The notes under the pieces: generated by a model
The model's database searches: none
What the model saw: the letters and a program-made list of their open reading frames with translations, nothing else
Told to the model about the DNA's origin: nothing
From: a bacterium
Lineage (GTDB): Bacteria > SZUA-182 > JBHHXV01
Reading direction: 5' to 3'
Length of the DNA: 34,540 nt
Assembly: GCA_046757225.1 (NCBI GenBank)
Contig: JBHHXV010000001.1
Coordinates: 1-34,540 of the forward strand
In this document: one piece after another, positions 1 through 8,728 of the stretch
How the letters are laid out: each line of letters starts with the position of its first letter
Position numbering within the stretch: position 1 is the stretch's first letter
Translations under genes and position numbers: made by a program

Positions 1-744
1 CTGGCCGTTATAAGTTCCGCTACCGACAATCTGGCCCGAGGAATTGATAGCTTCCGCATTCCAAAGATGCCAGCCGACCCCGGAGTCGTCCAGCAGGGAG
101 TTCAGGCTCAACATCCCGTCCCCGGCGCTCCAGAGAAAGGCCTCCTGACCGGCGTCGCTCCAGACCCATCCCACGACCTGTCCGCTGTCGTTGATTCCGT
201 ATGCATTGCTGTCAAGCGCCCCCCCCCCGGGGAGGCTGCCCAGGCCGGTCATGCCGCTGACCGGATCCCAGAGAAAGGCCTCCTGACCCGAGGCGCCGAT
301 GCCCCATCCCACGACCTGCCCGCTGTTGTTGATCCCGTATGCCCGGCTGTAAAACGACCCCCCGGGGAGGTCACCCAGGCCGGTCATGCCGCTCCCGGAA
401 TCCCAGAGAAAGGCCTCGTAACCCGAGGCGCTTTTGCCATATCCCACGACCTGCCCGCTGTCGTTGATACCGTATGCAGAGCTCCTAAACGATCCCCCGG
501 GAAGGTCGCCCAGGCCGGTCATGCCGCTCCCGGAATCCCAGAGAAAGGCTTCCTGGCCCGAGGCGCTGTAGCTTCTTCCCACGACCTGCCCGCTGTTGTT
601 GATCCCCTCTGCCCAGCTGAAAAACGATCCCCCGGGGAGGTCGCCCAGGCCGGTCAGGGAATAGGTGGGGGCGGCCTGGGATATTCTCCCCGCGCCCAGG
701 ATCATGACTCCGGTAAAAAGAATAGATAAAACCCTTTTCCTCAC
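1..744 (-). CDS. Secreted HAF-family tandem-repeat protein; N-terminus complete, C-terminus runs off the left window edge
   Basis: Absent from the ORF track because it has no stop in the window. The minus-strand frame is open from GTG at 744 (preceded by aaaGGAGaaagag) to base 1. Translation: MRKRVLSILFTGVMILGAGRISQA/APTYSLTGLGDLPGGSF... This is a signal peptide followed by at least 4 copies of a 45-aa unit, LPGGS..AYGIN(N/D)SGQVVG....SG.EAFLWD..SGMTGLG. That unit matches my recollection of the HAF extracellular repeat family. The track ORFs 67..729(+) and 485..832(-) are off-frame shadows of this gene. Confidence 0.8.
   Translation of the reverse strand, partial: MRKRVLSILFTGVMILGAGRISQAAPTYSLTGLGDLPGGSFFSWAEGINNSGQVVGRSYSASGQEAFLWDSGSGMTGLGDLPGGSFRSSAYGINDSGQVVGYGKSASGYEAFLWDSGSGMTGLGDLPGGSFYSRAYGINNSGQVVGWGIGASGQEAFLWDPVSGMTGLGSLPGGGALDSNAYGINDSGQVVGWVWSDAGQEAFLWSAGDGMLSLNSLLDDSGVGWHLWNAEAINSSGQIVGSGTYNGQ
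100..665. repeat. Coding tandem repeat, period 135 nt (one unit 138 nt), inside the HAF-repeat gene
   Basis: The landmark ccagagaaagg recurs at 130, 268, 403 and 538, and the flanking cccacgacctgcccgctgt(c/t)gttgat blocks are also repeated. Confidence 0.85.
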
Positions 745-846
745 CTCTTTCTCCTTTTTGCTTGAGGGTTGATTTACGATGTTTCGGGTGAGTCCCCAGT
801 CTGAAACAGGGAAAACCACTTTCGCGTAACATTTAAGCAATCTATT

Positions 847-874
847 ATTTTACCACCCCCACCCCGCATGTCAA
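847..874 (-). promoter_or_regulatory. Sigma70-type promoter for the HAF-repeat gene
   Basis: Minus strand reads TTGACA (874..869), a 16-nt spacer, then TAAAAT (852..847). It lies about 100 nt upstream of the GTG at 744. Confidence 0.5.
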
Positions 875-887
875 GGTTTTTCTCGGT

Positions 888-964
888 ATTTCGGCTTGTC
901 CCCAGGCCGAAATTTTAAGGGCTTCGATATCCTTTCCTGGTTTCGGCTTGAGACAAGCCGAAAC
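888..964. repeat. Two adjacent palindromic hairpins sharing the TTTCGGCTTG / GCCGAAA arms
   Basis: 888..913 is aTTTCGGC-ttgtccccag-GCCGAAAt. 940..964 is GTTTCGGCTTG-aga-CAAGCCGAAAC, an 11-bp perfect stem. They lie between the mutS stop and the HAF-gene promoter. The same TTTCGGCTTGA word recurs at 16843 and 34038. Confidence 0.6.
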
Positions 965-1001
965 ACCGAAACCTCTCAACCGCCTATGAAAAAGGAGTGA
1001 C

Positions 1002-3524
1002 TTACCTTTTTATCCCTGAAAAAAGGTTCAGCTGTCTGGTACTGATCTTAGATTTTCTACCTTGTCTGTGCCGGTCCGATTTACGGATCAGGTGCATTTT
1101 CCGCTGCCGGTCTTCCAGGCCGTCCAGCACCTCCAACGCCCGGGCGATCAATTCCCCGGGCAGCCCGGCCAGCCGGGCCACCTGAATCCCGTAGCTGCTG
1201 GTGGCGTGTCCGGGAACGATCTTGTACAGGAACACTATCTCCTGTTCGCTTTCCTTGACCGCCACGTTATAGTTGATGATTCCCGGCAGGCGGTCGGCCA
1301 GATCGGTCAGCTCGTGATAGTGGGTGGCGAACAGGGTCTTTAAACCCGGTCTTTCCACCAGGTGCTCGGCCACCGCCTCGGCAATGCTCACCCCGTCATA
1401 GGTGCTGGTTCCCCGGCCGATCTCGTCGATAATGATCAGGCTTCCGGGAGCGGCGTTATTTATGATATTGGCGGTTTCGCTCATCTCCACCATAAAGGTG
1501 CTCATCCCCTGGCTGAGATTGTCCGAAGCCCCCACCCTGGTAAAGATCTGCCTGACCGCCCCGATCTCCGCCCGCTTTGCCGGAATAAAACTGCCCGCCT
1601 GAGCCAGCAGCACCAGCAGCGCCACCTGGCGCATGTAAGTCGATTTTCCCGCCATATTCGGGCCGGTAATCATCAACAGACGATTCTCTTCCCCGTCCAG
1701 CAGGCAGTCATTGGGAATAAAGCGCTCAGTAAGCCTTTCCACGACCGGGTGTCGTCCGGCCTTTATACATATCCGGCTGGTGCCGGTAATTTCCGGCCGG
1801 GTGTAATTATACTCGGCGGCCAGCTCCGCCAGACCGCTCTGGCAGTCGATTTCGGCCAGCTGTTTCGAAGCACTCTGTATCTTCGGAGTGGAGGATAAAA
1901 CCTCCCCGCGTATTTTCAGGAAGATTTCGTATTCCAGACGGCCCAGCTCTTCTTCGGCGCTGAGCAGCCTGGTCTCGTAACTCTTCAGTTCAGGGGTGAT
2001 GAAACGCTCGGCATTAACCAGGGTCTGTTTACGGATATAATCGTCAGGCACCTGGTTGAGGTTGCTTCTGGTGATCTCGATATAATAACCGAACACCTTG
2101 TTGTATTTTATTTTCAAGGAGTTGATTCCGGTGCGCTCCCGCTCGGCCTGTTCCATTCTGGCCAGGGCCGCCTTGCCGCTGCCGCGCAGTTCCCGGAGTT
2201 CGTCCACCTCTTTTGAGAACCCCGGTTTAAGCAGGCCGCCTTCCTTGATGGTCTGGGGAGGGTCATCTACAAGAGATTCCTCAAGAAGCGCGACGATTTC
2301 CGGCAGGTCGGGCAGCTTTTCCCGTAACCCGTCAAGAACAGGTTGATCTAAACCGGACAGGATTTATTTAATTCCGGGAATTCGGGCAAGAGAGTTTTTT
2401 AAAGCGACCAGGTCGCGGGCGCTGGTGGCGGATAAGGAGAGCCGGCTGATCAATCTTTCGATATCCGAAAGCTCTTTCAAAAATTTTCTCAGTTCGTTCC
2501 GCTCTCTGAACCGGCTGAAAAAGGCCTCCACCAGATCCAGCCGCTCATTTATCGCTCCGGGGTCGATCAGGGGATGGAGGAGGCGGTTTTTCAACATCCG
2601 GCTGCCCATCGGGGTCCGGCAGAAATTGATAACTTTAAGCAAGGTTCCCCGGGAAGAGCCGTCATAACCGGAACGGACCAGCTCCAGGTTTCTCCTGGTG
2701 GCCGGATCGATGGTGATATGCTCATCCAGGGAATAATAAGAAAGATGGTGGATATGGGCGCAGCTGCTTTTGAGGGTTTTTTCTATGAAACTCAAGGCCC
2801 CTCCGGCGGCGGAGATGGCCATCGGCTTGTCCTGACAGCCGAAACCCTTGAGATTGATCACTCCGAACCCTTGGGTCAGCCGATGATAGGCTGTCTTATG
2901 CTCAAATTCGTTCCTGTCCTGAATCTCCACCGGCACACCCAGATTTTTCACCAGTTTTTGCAGGCCGGCCGGGGATTGTCCGGGAATAAGAATCTCTTTC
3001 GGTTCCAGCCTGGTCAGCTCGCCGGCCAGGATCTTCCAGTCCGGCGAGTCCTCAAACTCGGTGATCTGAAAATCACCGGTGGAAAGATCGACCACCGCCA
3101 GCCCCACCCGGCAGTCGGGATCGGCGGTCAGGGAAACCAGGTAGTGATTGCTTCCTTCTTCCAGCAGGTTGGCGCTTACCACCGTTCCGGGCGAGACGGT
3201 GCGGACGATTTCCCTCCTCACCAGCCCCTTGGCGTCCCTGGGGTCTTCCACCTGCTCGCAGACCGCCACCTTGTATCCTTCCTTGAGCAGCTTGGAGATA
3301 TAATTTTCCAGGGCGAAATGGGGAAACCCGCACAGGGGAACGGAGTTATCGTTTTTCTTGTCGCGGGCGGTGAGGGCGATCCCCAGTATTTTCGAGGCTA
3401 TTACCGCGTCTTCATGGAACATTTCATAAAAATCACCCATCCGGAAAAAAAGGATGGCGTCTCCGGCCTCTTTCTTGACAGCCAGATATTGACGCATCAG
3501 AGGGGTGGTTTTATCTTCAGTCAT
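1002..3524 (-). pseudogene. mutS: DNA mismatch repair protein MutS, full length (841 codons) but interrupted by one in-frame TAA at 2364..2366
   Basis: ORF 2364..3524 holds the MutS N-terminal mismatch-binding, connector and core domains (MTEDKTTPLMRQYL..FFRMGDFYEMF). ORF 1002..2207 holds the clamp and ATPase domains (GPNMAGKST Walker A, DEIGRGTSTYDG, THYHEL, C-terminal QLNLF clamp motif). I checked that both are in the same frame. The 52 codons between the TAA and the GTG at 2207 read ILSGLDQPVLDGLREKLPDLPEIVALLEESLVDDPPQTIKEGGLLKPGFSKE, which is normal MutS core sequence. Confidence 0.85.
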
Positions 3525-4369
3525 CGGGGAAGCAGGAAGCGGAGAACCCTTTCCACGGTATCCCGCAGATGCTTCCGGTCCACGATCATATCGATCATGC
3601 CGTGCTCGACCAGGAATTCGGAGCGCTGAAATCCGTCGGGAAGGGTTTTACGGATGGTTTGCTCGATCACCCGGGGGCCGGCGAAACCGATCAAGGCCTT
3701 CGGCTCGGCCATGATCACGTCCCCCAGCATGGCGAAACTGGCGGAAACACCTCCCATGGTAGGGTCAGTAAGCAGGGAGATGAAAGGGAGGCCGGCTTCC
3801 CCGATCTTCTTCACGGCCGCCGAGGTCTTGGCCATCTGCATCAGGGAAAAGATCCCCTCCTGCATCCGGGCTCCGCCGGAAGAGGCGATCGTCATAAAGG
3901 GGGTCTTCGTTTCAATCGCTTTTTCAATCCCCCGGACGATCTTTTCCCCCACCACCGAAGCCATGCTTCCCCCCATGAACTTGAACTCGAACACGCAGGC
4001 GATCAGGGGACGGCCCTTCACCTTTCCCAGGCCGTTGATCAGGGCGTCGTTTAGACCGGTCTTTTCCCGGTAGTTCTGGAGGCGGTCTTTGTATTTGACC
4101 GTGTCTTTGAAGTTCAGGGGGTTTTCGCTGACCAGGTTGGCGTCGAACTCCTCATATCCGCCCTCGTCGAACAGCAGTTCCAGGCGCTGCCGGGCGCTGA
4201 TCCGGAAATGGTAATCACACTTGGGGCAGATATTGAGATTCCGCTCGATCTCTTTTTTGTAGATAATCGCTTTACAGTTGTTACATTTCTCCCATAACCC
4301 TTCCGGAATGGTCAGGCGCTTGTCGCTGATCAGTACTTTGGGAAACCGCTCTTTTTTAAACCAGCTCAC
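3521..4369 (-). CDS. accD: Acetyl-CoA carboxylase carboxyltransferase beta subunit
   Basis: N-terminal zinc ribbon CNNC..CPKC followed by the carboxyltransferase domain (GGSMG-like FMGGSMASVVGEK, SGGARMQEG). Its TGA stop overlaps the mutS ATG (ATGA). Confidence 0.9.
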   Translation of the reverse strand: MSWFKKERFPKVLISDKRLTIPEGLWEKCNNCKAIIYKKEIERNLNICPKCDYHFRISARQRLELLFDEGGYEEFDANLVSENPLNFKDTVKYKDRLQNYREKTGLNDALINGLGKVKGRPLIACVFEFKFMGGSMASVVGEKIVRGIEKAIETKTPFMTIASSGGARMQEGIFSLMQMAKTSAAVKKIGEAGLPFISLLTDPTMGGVSASFAMLGDVIMAEPKALIGFAGPRVIEQTIRKTLPDGFQRSEFLVEHGMIDMIVDRKHLRDTVERVLRFLLPR

Positions 4370-4372
4370 GAG

Positions 4373-5017
4373 TTAGACTTTTCTTTTTTCCCAGTCAGCC
4401 AGGAATTTATCTATGCCGATATCGGTGAGGGGGTGTTTGAGCAGTTGCATCACCACCTTGTAAGGAACCGTGGCGATGTCCGCTCCGATCAGGGCCGCTT
4501 CCAGCACATGCAGGGGATGACGCATACTGGCGGCGATGATTTCGGTATGCAGGCCATAATTCCGGAAGATCGTCAAGATCCGCTCGACCAGGGCCATCCC
4601 TTCGTGGCTGATATCATCCAGCCGCCCCAGAAACGGGGAAACATAGGTGGCGCCCGCTTTGGCGGCCAGCATCGCCTGAGTGGGGGAAAAGACCAGGGTG
4701 ACGTTGACCTTTATCCCCTCGGAAGTAAGCGCTTTAGTCGCTTTCAACCCCTCGGCGGTCATCGGTATCTTGACCACCACGTTTTTACTGATTTTCACCA
4801 GTTCCCGGCCTTCCCTGATCATCCCCCCGGCTTCCAGGCTGATCGCTTCCAGGCTGATGGGGCCGTCCACTATTTTAACGATTTCCCGGGAAAGCTCCTC
4901 AAAGGTTTTGCCCTCCCGGGAAATCAGCGAGGGGTTGGTGGTCACCCCGTCCAGAATCCCCAGGTCGTTGATCTCTCTGATTTGATCGATATTAGCGGTA
5001 TCAAGAAATATCTTCAT
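4373..5017 (-). CDS. tal: Short-type transaldolase / fructose-6-phosphate aldolase family protein (214 aa)
   Basis: [31 protein letters not shown]...VKIPMT...VNVTLVFS is the classic TalC/Fsa family signature. I place the start at the internal ATG 5017, which has a GAGGA SD 8 nt upstream. The 51-aa N-terminal extension of track ORF 4373..5170 overlaps the upstream gene and has no homology. Confidence 0.85.
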   Translation of the reverse strand: MKIFLDTANIDQIREINDLGILDGVTTNPSLISREGKTFEELSREIVKIVDGPISLEAISLEAGGMIREGRELVKISKNVVVKIPMTAEGLKATKALTSEGIKVNVTLVFSPTQAMLAAKAGATYVSPFLGRLDDISHEGMALVERILTIFRNYGLHTEIIAASMRHPLHVLEAALIGADIATVPYKVVMQLLKHPLTDIGIDKFLADWEKRKV

Positions 5018-5027
5018 GTTGTAATCC

Positions 5028-5483
5028 TCATCCGTCTTTCCGTTCCCAGTCATAGGGAATGTTGTTATGGTGCGGGTGCGCCCTGAATTCATCGGGGTTT
5101 TCGTAATTATAGGGTTCGGTGGGAATGTTGACGATAACCGTTTCGCAAAGACTGATTCCTTTAAACCCATGGAATACCAGGGGAGGAATCTTTAACATAA
5201 TCGGGTTATGCTCTCCCATGAAGAATTCGGTGATCTCTCCCTTGGTCGGGGAGTCGTCACGGGAATCATACAACACCACTTTCGCCATTCCCTTGACTAC
5301 TGCCACGTGGTCCCATTGAAGCCGGTGATAATGCCAGCCCTTTACCACTCCCGGCATGGTGGAAGTCATGTAAACCTGACCGAATTCTTTAAAAAAATCT
5401 TCATCGCAGCGCAGGATCTCCATCAGCCGGCCGCGCTCGTCCGGTATCACTTTTAATTTTTTGGTCTCCACTCCTTCAATCAT
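5028..5483 (-). CDS. dTDP-4-dehydrorhamnose 3,5-epimerase-like cupin protein (short RmlC-like)
   Basis: 151 aa, [32 protein letters not shown]...VVKG..KVVLYD, an RmlC-type cupin pattern. It has an ATGA overlap with the upstream MBL gene. Confidence 0.65.
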   Translation of the reverse strand: MIEGVETKKLKVIPDERGRLMEILRCDEDFFKEFGQVYMTSTMPGVVKGWHYHRLQWDHVAVVKGMAKVVLYDSRDDSPTKGEITEFFMGEHNPIMLKIPPLVFHGFKGISLCETVIVNIPTEPYNYENPDEFRAHPHHNNIPYDWERKDG

Positions 5484-6259
5484 AGGGCTTCTCCTGAAAA
5501 ACCGGTTGAAATCAAGAGACCGTCATAGGCGAAGGCCATCCCCTCCGGGAGCAGTTTGCCGTCCTCCCGATGACTGATCTCATGGCAGATATGGGTAAAA
5601 AAAGTGCGTTTCGCCTTGATTCTCTCAGCCGCCTCGATCGCCTCATCCAGAGAAAAATGGGTGGAATGGGGTCTCTTTTTAAGGGCATCGAGAATCAAGA
5701 CATCCAGATTATGCAACTGAGCGTAAGTCGCTTCCGGAATGGCGCTGCAATCGCTTAAATAAGCGAAATCAAAGATTCGATAACCGTAAATAGGGGTTTG
5801 GCCGTGCATTATTTCCAGAGGTCTCACCGGTATACCGCAAACCTCGAAAGGACCGGTAACCGGCTCCAGCCGGATATCCGCCTTCCCTCCGCCCGTCTTT
5901 CCCTGTTCAAACAGGTAATAAAACTTACGTTTGATATCCTGCACTGTCCGGGAGTCGCCAAAGGCCGGTATCTGTTTCCTTTGCAGTTTGTTGAAAGAAC
6001 GGATCTCATCGATACCGCTCACGTGATCAGCGTGAGCATGGGTGAACAACACCGCGTCCAGGCGCTCTATCCCCCAGGCCAGGGACTGCCAGCGCAGATC
6101 GGTGGTCGCGTCGATCAACAGGTTGCCGCCGCCATGGCTCACCAGTACCGAGGAGCGGCTGCGGCGGTCTTTGGCATCGTCGGAGCGACACACCGGACAA
6201 TGACAGCCGATGGAAGGAACCCCGTCAGAGGTGCCGGACCCTAATACTCTGATTTTCAA
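5480..6259 (-). CDS. MBL-fold metallo-hydrolase, PhnP-like
   Basis: N-terminal Cys cluster GCHCPVC, an HAHADH (HxHxDH) motif, and overall collinearity with PhnP-type phosphodiesterases. Confidence 0.7.
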   Translation of the reverse strand: MKIRVLGSGTSDGVPSIGCHCPVCRSDDAKDRRSRSSVLVSHGGGNLLIDATTDLRWQSLAWGIERLDAVLFTHAHADHVSGIDEIRSFNKLQRKQIPAFGDSRTVQDIKRKFYYLFEQGKTGGGKADIRLEPVTGPFEVCGIPVRPLEIMHGQTPIYGYRIFDFAYLSDCSAIPEATYAQLHNLDVLILDALKKRPHSTHFSLDEAIEAAERIKAKRTFFTHICHEISHREDGKLLPEGMAFAYDGLLISTGFSGEAL

Positions 6260-6265
6260 GACACC

Positions 6266-7474
6266 CTACTGCCTGTCCAACACCAGGTTGCGGTAATTCC
6301 GTCCCGGAGCGACGACCCCCAGGATAGTGCTTTTTTCCGCTCCGGTAACCCTCGGCAGATTTCCCGGCCGGCCGGCCCAGGTCTCGTAGGCCAGCAGAGC
6401 GAATCCCACCGCTTCCACCGTTCCGGGCGGCAGAGGCCCGCCCCTGGTTATCTCCAGCCCCGTCTGCTCCTTTATCTCTTTATTCAGCATATCCATGAGC
6501 AGGTCATTAAAACTGCCGCCCCCGCAGATATATATCCTGGTACTGTCATAATAAGGAAAAACATGTTTGGACAAGGCCAGCAGAACCGTTTCCGCGGTGA
6601 ACCTGGTTACCGTGTATAAAATATCAGCCGGGTCCAACCCTTCCATTCCCTTGATGGCCTTATCCAGGCAGCTTTCGGCGAAAGCCTCTTTATCGACGCT
6701 CTTGGGCGGTCTTCTATCTAAAAAGGGATGGGCCAGCAACCTTTTTAAAACCTTTTCCAACAGCTTTCCCTGGGCTCCCAGTTTTCCACCGTTATCATAA
6801 TCCTTTCCCCAGTAACGTTTGCTCACCAGGTCCATCATCACGTTTCCCGGTCCGGTATCGAAAGCCATAACCTCATCTACCGAAGCACCCGGAGGGATGA
6901 TAGTCAGATTGCCGATTCCCCCGATATTCTGAACCACCACCGCGCTTTCCGGGTCTCCGTACAGCCGGTAATGAAGATAGGGAAGCAGGGGAGCCCCTTC
7001 CCCTCCGGCCGCCAGATCAGCCGCCCGGAAATCGGCGATCGTGGTAATGCCGGTATCGTAAGCGATTACCGATGGGTTTCCGATCTGCAGGGACGAGCCT
7101 TTGACCCTTATCCTCCGCTTGTCCTTGGGAAGGGGGACATACTCCGGGGGAAGGTGTTTGATGGTCTGGCCGTGAGAGCCGATCAGGGAAACCGCTTCCG
7201 GCTCCACCCTCGCTTTTCGGCAGACATTAAAAGCGGCGGTGGCAAACATCCGGCCGATCTCAAACCCGAGAGAACAAACCTCCCGGGCGCCGCCCAGCCC
7301 CGGCTGGGAAACCTCGTTGATTCGCCGGCGGAGAGTTACCGGATAAGGGGTTGTCTCAAAATCGATCAATTCCGGCTGCGGTTTTTCCTCAATGCTGTCA
7401 AAGGCGGTCAAAGCAGCGTCGATTCCATCGGCCGAGGTGCCGGATATCAATCCGATAACCAGCTTTTTTCTCAT
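6266..7474 (-). CDS. anmK: Anhydro-N-acetylmuramic acid kinase
   Basis: GLISGTSADGIDAAL N-terminus, NIGGIGN, DTGPGN and the ~400 aa length are typical of AnmK. Confidence 0.85.
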   Translation of the reverse strand: MRKKLVIGLISGTSADGIDAALTAFDSIEEKPQPELIDFETTPYPVTLRRRINEVSQPGLGGAREVCSLGFEIGRMFATAAFNVCRKARVEPEAVSLIGSHGQTIKHLPPEYVPLPKDKRRIRVKGSSLQIGNPSVIAYDTGITTIADFRAADLAAGGEGAPLLPYLHYRLYGDPESAVVVQNIGGIGNLTIIPPGASVDEVMAFDTGPGNVMMDLVSKRYWGKDYDNGGKLGAQGKLLEKVLKRLLAHPFLDRRPPKSVDKEAFAESCLDKAIKGMEGLDPADILYTVTRFTAETVLLALSKHVFPYYDSTRIYICGGGSFNDLLMDMLNKEIKEQTGLEITRGGPLPPGTVEAVGFALLAYETWAGRPGNLPRVTGAEKSTILGVVAPGRNYRNLVLDRQ

Positions 7475-7502
7475 ATTCTTTTTAATCGGTCGCTCCCTAT
7501 GA

Positions 7503-8066
7503 TTATTTGGCCCGTTCCAGATATTTCCCTTCAGCCGTGTCCACCCTCACTTTCTCCCCCTGGCTGATAAAGGGGGGCACGCCCAGGGAAAGCCCGGTTT
7601 CCAGCGTAGCCGGCTTGTAGCTGGTGGTAACCGTGGCGTTCTTCAGGGCCGGGCCGGTCTCGGTCACCTCCAGATCCACGGTTTTAGGCAGTTCTATCCC
7701 CACCGGCGACCCGGCATAGAACTCAACCTTCACCTGAAGATTGGAAATCAGATAAAGTTTATAGTCTCCTAAAAGCTCATCGCTCAACTGAGTCTGCTCA
7801 TAGTTTTCCATGTCCATAAAATGGTACTGGCCGTCCGTTTCATACAGAAACTCCATCGGCCGGGCGTCCAATTCCGCTTTTTCCAGCTTTTCATCAGAAC
7901 GGAAGCGGTTTTCCGCCTTGGAACCGGTAGCAAGGTTTCTCATCTTCACCTGAACCATGCCGCATCCCTTGCCGGGAGTGACGTGCTTTACCTCGGTCAC
8001 CCGGCAGAGACTCTTGTTGAAAACCACGATCATCCCCGCTCGGATCTGGGTTGCGATTATAATCAT
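7503..8066 (-). CDS. efp: Translation elongation factor P
   Basis: 187 aa, with a ..VKHVTPGKGCGMVQVKMRNL.. loop carrying the conserved Lys, and three OB/KOW-like domains collinear with EF-P. Confidence 0.9.
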   Translation of the reverse strand: MIIIATQIRAGMIVVFNKSLCRVTEVKHVTPGKGCGMVQVKMRNLATGSKAENRFRSDEKLEKAELDARPMEFLYETDGQYHFMDMENYEQTQLSDELLGDYKLYLISNLQVKVEFYAGSPVGIELPKTVDLEVTETGPALKNATVTTSYKPATLETGLSLGVPPFISQGEKVRVDTAEGKYLERAK

Positions 8067-8081
8067 ACTCTTTTTTTGTCC

Positions 8082-8546
8082 TTAAGTTCTGTTTTTGTAA
8101 GCCCGCTCCATATCCCGCTTATGCTGGCGTTCCTGAAGATCGTGCCGCTTGTCGTAAAGCTTCTTGCCCCGGCAGAGCCCTAATTCCACCTTGGCGTAAT
8201 TCCTTGTAAAATACACCCGGAGCGGTACCAGAGTAAGACCCTGTTCCTTGGTTTTTCCCAAAAGCCGCTTGATTTCCCCTTTTTTCAAGAGCAGTTTCCG
8301 GGTGCGGGTCGGGTCATGGTTCTGCCGGTTGGCCTGCTTATATTCGCTGATATGACAGTCATATAAAAAAACCTCACCCTGACTGATACCGGCATGACTT
8401 CCTTTCAGATTGATCCGTCCCTCTCTTAAAGATTTCACCTCTGACCCGGCCAGCATGATCCCCGCTTCTAATTTATCCAGCACATGGTAATCATGGGCGG
8501 CCTTCCGGTTGACCGCTATGACCTTAATCCCTTTTGCTCGCTCCAT
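8082..8546 (-). CDS. smpB: SsrA-binding protein SmpB
   Basis: 154 aa, NRKA.HDY.....EAGI.L.GSEVKSLR...NL..S.. and a basic C-terminal tail, the canonical SmpB pattern. Confidence 0.9.
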   Translation of the reverse strand: MERAKGIKVIAVNRKAAHDYHVLDKLEAGIMLAGSEVKSLREGRINLKGSHAGISQGEVFLYDCHISEYKQANRQNHDPTRTRKLLLKKGEIKRLLGKTKEQGLTLVPLRVYFTRNYAKVELGLCRGKKLYDKRHDLQERQHKRDMERAYKNRT

Positions 8547-8578
8547 AAGAATTTAAAAAGGTAAGGGAAAGAAATAAT

Positions 8579-8652
8579 TGGCTGGGGGAAGAGGATTCGA
8601 ACCTCTATAGCTGAATTCAGAGTCCAGAGTCCTGCCATTAGACGATCCCCCA
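8579..8652 (-). tRNA. tRNA-Gln (anticodon CTG)
   Basis: The reverse complement folds as a cloverleaf. Acceptor is TGGGGGA/TCCCCCA followed by G and an encoded CCA. Anticodon arm is CTGGA-CTCTGAA-TTCAG. T arm is GAGGTTCGAATCCTC. Confidence 0.85.
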
Positions 8653-8728
8653 AGAATAATTAACGACACGGTCTTAGGTAGACAGGGGGCGGGGTTGTTC
8701 AGAAACATTCCGCTGTTCCTGGTTGTTT

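Noticed and set aside
100-665. Regular ~135-nt repeats that could be mistaken for a CRISPR-like or satellite array
   Set aside because: There are no unique spacers. The units are contiguous, imperfect and in frame, and they encode the 45-aa HAF protein repeat.
67-729. 220-aa plus-strand ORF with a striking internal repeat (and the 115-aa minus ORF 485..832)
   Set aside because: Both are off-frame readings of the HAF-repeat gene, whose true frame is a different minus-strand frame. That true frame has a signal peptide, an SD and a recognisable repeat family motif. The shadow ORFs are Pro/Gly/Ala/Arg-rich nonsense.
2364-2366. TAA reassignment or an alternative genetic code as the explanation for the mutS in-frame stop
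   Set aside because: TAA is used as the terminator of clearly complete genes in the same window (tal at 4373..4375, efp at 7503..7505, arsS, the porin). I found no other in-frame TAA in a conserved gene.
2574-3629. Long antisense ORFs: 2574..3629(+), 1362..1898(+), 4433..5086(+), 12200..12997(-), 13005..13757(-), 13997..14722(-), 17436..18305(-), 18793..19575(-), 21596..22339(+), 24906..25565(+), 30953..31636(-)
   Set aside because: Each lies fully opposite a gene with strong family signatures. Their translations are low-complexity (Gly/Arg/Pro/His-rich) with no motifs, which is typical of shadow ORFs.
5018-5170. 51-aa N-terminal extension of the transaldolase ORF
   Set aside because: It overlaps the upstream cupin gene and has no homology. 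The family-typical MKIFLDTAN start at 5017 has a GAGGA SD.
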